From assembly GCA_963814585.1 (NCBI GenBank), contig CAWFDF010000012.1:352001-416000 (forward strand): 64,000 nt of DNA, in the 5' to 3' direction. This document shows positions 59,974 through 64,000 of the stretch, in pieces; position 1 is the first letter of the stretch, and each line of letters starts with the position of its first letter. The translations under genes were made by a program, and so were the position numbers. The notes beneath the pieces were generated by a model, which was given only the letters and a program-made list of their open reading frames with translations, did no database searches and was not told the DNA's origin. The stretch comes from an uncultured delta proteobacterium (GTDB taxonomy: Bacteria; Myxococcota; Myxococcia; Myxococcales; Anaeromyxobacteraceae).

Positions 59974-61326
59974 ATGGACCTCCGCCTGGGATTGCCGCTG
60001 GCCCTCTGCGCCGTCGCGGCTGGTTGCGCGGCGAGGGTGCCGGCCGCCCCGGTCGACGTGTCGACCCGCGGCGCGGGCAGCGAGCAAGCTGCGCGGGGCC
60101 GGGCCGGTGCGACCCCGGCGACGCATCCTCCGATCGCCGCTTCCGCCACGACCCCGGCATTGACGGTGGCGCTGCCCTACGCACCGGGCGCGGCCGTGGC
60201 CGATGCCCTCTCCGGACGGCTCGAGGTCGTGGGCGTCGGCGCCTGGCCGGGCCTGTTCCGGCGCCTGTCGTGCGTCTACCGCAATGGCCGGGTCTTCGTC
60301 GTGGACGAGCGGTGCAGCGACCCGCGCGAGCCGACCAGCCTGGTGGTCCACGTGGTGTCCCCCACCCGCGGGCGCGCCACCATCTTCGCCGATGCGGGGG
60401 CGCCCATCGGCAGGGCGCGGCGCCCGGACTACAAGTCTTTCGGCGCCGGGAGCGCAGCCCCACGGCCGCCGCCGGCGACGCTGGACGTTGCGGCGAGCTA
60501 CGAGGAGGTGGTGGCGTACGAGGCCGACGCACCGGGCGCGGTGCGGGCGACCTGCAGCGCCGGCACGCAGCGCCCGCAGGGCAACTGCTCGAAGGGCGCC
60601 CCGGTCTCCGCCGGGGAGTACGCGGCCTCGGTCGAGCCGTTCCTGCGGGACCCGCCGGCCGGCTGGTACGAGCTGGTGCGCGGGCTGGTGAGGCTGCGCG
60701 CGCAGGCGCACGCCGGCATCCGCCCGGGCGCCCTCCCGCTCCCCCGCCTCGTCGCCTGGGGCGCGTCGTGGGCGCGCGACCTGGACGTCACGGTGGACGA
60801 GGGGAACCTGAAGCGGGTCGGAAACGGGTTCGGCCGGACCGCCGCCATCGCGGTCACCGCCGACGGGGGCGCGCTGATCGCCGGGACCACGCAGCACGGC
60901 GGCGTGACCGTCCCGGCGGTGGTGCGCGCCGACGCCAACGGCGCCAAGCGGTGGCTGAAGGTGCTGCCGGAGCGGGGCTTCGTCACGCACGAGATCGCCA
61001 GCGTGGCCGTGGTCCCGGGCGGCGCCGTCGTGCTGTCGCCGGGATACCCCGATCCGGGCTGGAAGCCGACCGCGCGCGTCATCAGGCTCGACGAGGTCGG
61101 CAACGTCCGCTGGCAGTGGCTCGGGCGCGGCAAGGACCGGCACCGGATCCCGCAGGTGGTCACCGCCCAGCCCACTGCGCAGGGCACGGTGCTGCTGCGC
61201 GGCTACGTCCAGCTGGTCGCCGACGGCGACGTCCACGCCTGGACCGCCGAGCTCGACGCCCGCGGCAAGGCGATCCGGGAGGAGGTCGGCGCGGTGCTGG
61301 CCGACCACGCCGCGTCCTTCGAGTAG
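59974..61326 (+). CDS. Hypothetical lipoprotein with C-terminal beta-propeller-like segment
   Basis: Lipobox VAAGC; ADGGALIAG, DANGAKRW, LDEVGNVRW repeats. Confidence 0.6.
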   Translation: MDLRLGLPLALCAVAAGCAARVPAAPVDVSTRGAGSEQAARGRAGATPATHPPIAASATTPALTVALPYAPGAAVADALSGRLEVVGVGAWPGLFRRLSCVYRNGRVFVVDERCSDPREPTSLVVHVVSPTRGRATIFADAGAPIGRARRPDYKSFGAGSAAPRPPPATLDVAASYEEVVAYEADAPGAVRATCSAGTQRPQGNCSKGAPVSAGEYAASVEPFLRDPPAGWYELVRGLVRLRAQAHAGIRPGALPLPRLVAWGASWARDLDVTVDEGNLKRVGNGFGRTAAIAVTADGGALIAGTTQHGGVTVPAVVRADANGAKRWLKVLPERGFVTHEIASVAVVPGGAVVLSPGYPDPGWKPTARVIRLDEVGNVRWQWLGRGKDRHRIPQVVTAQPTAQGTVLLRGYVQLVADGDVHAWTAELDARGKAIREEVGAVLADHAASFE

Positions 61327-61369
61327 AGCGCGGGCTGGGACCGCGTCGGCCGGACGGGCGGGAGCGACG

Positions 61370-61795
61370 TCAGACCGGGTGGGGCAGGCTCACCATCCAC
61401 TGGACGCCGAAGCGATCCTCGCACATGCCGAAGTACGGTCCCCACGGGGCGTTGGCGAGCGGCATGTTGACCTTGCCGCCGGCGCTGAGCGCGGCGAAGG
61501 CGCGGTCCGCCTCGGCCTTGTCCGTGGCCACGATGGAGACGTGGAAGTTGTTCCCCACCTGGAGCGGCGGGCCGAAGCCCGGGACGGCGTCGCTCGCCAT
61601 GAGGTGGACGGTCTCGGTGATGGGGAGCTGCGCGTGCACCACCTTGTCCTTCCCGCCCTCGGGGACGCCCTGCATGAAGGGCGTCTCGCCGAAGGTCTGC
61701 CGCATGACGGTCTTGGTGCCGAAGACCGACTCGTAGAGCTTGAAGGCCTCGTCGGTGGTGCCGGGGAAGTTCAGGTAGACGTGGACCAGCTGCAT
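61370..61795 (-). CDS. VOC/PhnB (3-demethylubiquinone methyltransferase-like) family protein
   Basis: YLNFPG...AFKLYESVFG, LMASD, PWGPYFGMCEDRFGVQWM; SD GGAGG. Confidence 0.9.
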   Translation of the reverse strand: MQLVHVYLNFPGTTDEAFKLYESVFGTKTVMRQTFGETPFMQGVPEGGKDKVVHAQLPITETVHLMASDAVPGFGPPLQVGNNFHVSIVATDKAEADRAFAALSAGGKVNMPLANAPWGPYFGMCEDRFGVQWMVSLPHPV

Positions 61796-61878
61796 GGTGG
61801 CCTCCTCCTGGGTGAGCCGGCTACGTAGGGGCTGCGGGGCGGCCGCGCAAGTCCCTGCTGGAGGTGCGGCAGGGCGGC

Positions 61879-64000
61879 TCAATCGACCGGCAGGTTCATC
61901 TTCCTCAGGCACGCGGCGGTACGCGGGTCCCCCCTGAACCGCGGCGAAGGCTTCAGGTTCCGGATACCACCGTCCATGTTCACGCGAGCGCGCTCCAGCC
62001 ACTCGAACGCCTTGTCCCGCTCGCCGGCGTTGTCGTAGGCGAGCGCGATTCCCCAGGCGTGCGTGACGGAACAGCAGGCGATGAACTCGTCGAGGGCCCT
62101 TCGCGCCTCCGCTTCCCGTCCGAGAAGTCGGAACGCCTTCACACGCTCGTAGTGAATGTACGGGTCTCGGGGCGTGATCGGCTCGCTGAGCACGGCCTCG
62201 GCCCACCCCTTCGACTCGGCCACCACGATCCCCCGCCAGTCGTTGCGCGGGTTGATCTCCCGCGCTCGCGCATGCGCCTTCGCGCCGAGCTCGCGATCGC
62301 CTGCCAGGTTCGCGGCGAGGCCGAGCTGGCTCCAGGCCACGGTGCTCAGCGGGTCGAGCTCGGTGGCTCGGCGGAGTTCCTGGACGCCCTCGCGGCTCCC
62401 CATCGCGGAGAGGAGGGCGCCCAGGACGATGCGGGCCTGCACGTCGCCGGGGTCGAGCTCGACCGCCCGGCGCGCGTCGGCGATGCTGCCCTTCCAGTCC
62501 CAGCCGCGGATGTCGACGAGCTGCGCGCGCGCCGCGTAGCCCGCCCCGGCCCCGGGGCGAGCGCCACGGCCCGGGTCGCGGCGTCGAGCGCCTTCCGCTT
62601 GTCCTGGAGGATGCCCTCCAGGCTCGCTTGCCAGCCGGAGCGCTCGTCGAGTGCGTGCGAAAGCCCGCCCCAGGCCTCGGCGAAGTCGGGCTCGACCGCC
62701 ACGGCCTTCTCGAACGACGCGATGGCGCGAGGCAGGTCCTCGTGCGTCAAGCGGGAGAGGAGCTGCCGCCCCAGGAGGTAGGACGCGTAGGCATCCGGGT
62801 CGTAGGATCGCGGGCGATGTCGGTCGGTAGGGAGCAGCCGCAGCTGGAGCGCCGTCGTCACGGCCGCGGCAATCTCCTCCTGGACCCTCAGGATCGCGGT
62901 GGCCTTCCTGTCGTAGCTCTCCGACCAGAGGTGGGTTCCGTCGGCCACCCGGATGAGCTGCGCCGTGATGCGGATGTCGTTTCCGTCCCTTCGCAGGCCT
63001 CCCTCCAGCACGTTCGCGACGCCGAGCCTCTGGCCGATGGTCTTGAGATCGTCGGTCTTGCCCCTGAAGGAGAAGGACGACGTTCGGCCGATGACCTTCA
63101 GTCCGTCGACGTGCGCCAGCGCGTTCCTGATCTCCTCCGCGACCCCGTCCGCGAAATACTCCTGGTCGTGCTTCGGGCTCATGTCGGCGAAGGGGAGGAC
63201 GGCGATGGAGGGGGGCGCGGGCATGGGTGGTGCCTCGCCCTGGATCGGGCCGTCCGGGGGCAGGGCCGCCCTGCGGAGCAACTCCTCCCAGCGAGGGCCG
63301 CCTCGGATCTTCCGGAGCAGCGGGTCGGTCTTGAGCCAGAACATCGCCGTGTCGGGGAAGGTTCGCGCCTTCTCCAGCCAGCCGAACGCGGCGTCGGCGT
63401 TGCCCGCCCAGGCGTAGGTCTGGGCCACCTGGTAGGGCCCCAAGGCGCCGAAGTCGCGGGCGAGCTCCTCCCTCGCGCGGGCCGCGTCGGCGGGCCGCCC
63501 CAGGTCATGGTAGGCGAGCGCCTCGGCGAGGAGCGCCCACGGGCGCCCCGGCGGCCCCATGGCCCGGAACTCGCCCGCCATGGCCAGCGCCTCGCTCGCC
63601 TCCCCGGCGACCACGCGGTCCATCACGATGACCACCAGGGCGAAGGCGCGGTAGCCCGGGAACAGTTCCGCCATGCGATAGGCGGCCTGCCTGGCCTTCG
63701 GGTGGTCCCCCCGGGCGTATGCGGCCGCGGACAGGCCCAGCCACCCGCTCACCCACCCACGCTCGAGGAGCGGGTCGATCCGGGTGACGCGCTCGAACTC
63801 GGCGACGGCCTCGTCCGTCCGCCCGTGGACCAGCAGGCTGAACCCACCGGAGAGGGCGACCGCCGAGTCGCCCGGCGCGATCGCCCGGGCTCGCTCGGCA
63901 CGTCGACCTTCCGCACCGTTGCCGCTTCAGCCGACCAGCGCCCCTGCCCCTCCGGGAACGGGAACTCCCCGGTGAGCATCCGGAACAGCATCACCCCCAG
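61879..64000 (-). pseudogene. Disrupted Ser/Thr kinase - TPR - TolB-like - TPR multidomain gene (3' part)
   Basis: Kinase subdomain IX LGVMLFRMLTGEFPF at right edge; SIAVLPFADMS...YFADGVAEE...RTSSF...LEG...RITAQLI...HLWSESYDR; frame breaks near 63897 and 62545. Confidence 0.65.

Overview
Very GC-rich chromosomal DNA from a myxobacterium (Anaeromyxobacter-like, inferred from MYXO-CTERM-type protein, bactofilin-padC locus, rseP-tsaB order). 1-15 kb and 23-29 kb are mostly core genes: nadB, pyrE, padC-like with two bactofilins, nitrilase, asd-like, tsaB, rseP, dxr, cdsA, uppS, DnaD-like/DnaC-like pair, lysC, rpoZ, CIRCE-groES-groEL. Two accessory glycan loci stand out. (i) 16.8-23.3 kb is a four-gene synthase-type operon: ATP-grasp ligase, TPR/beta-barrel, TPR-3TM-PIG-L deacetylase, and a processive GT2 fused to a TIM-barrel glycoside-hydrolase-like domain. 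(ii) 30.7-52.8 kb is a Wzx/Wzy exopolysaccharide cluster (short Wza plus separate beta-barrel, PilZ, GH44, GTs, initiating transferase, Wzc) flanked by unusual tailoring genes (LbH-FkbH and LbH-ACP fusions, ATP-grasp, LysA-like decarboxylase, methyltransferase). The right end holds a ~2060-aa surface lipoprotein, DUF2461, a VOC protein and a broken kinase/TolB-like/TPR gene. Scattered single-base frameshifts in essential genes (nadB, dxr, groEL) indicate uncorrected long-read indels. All assignments come from motif recognition by eye; no searches were run.
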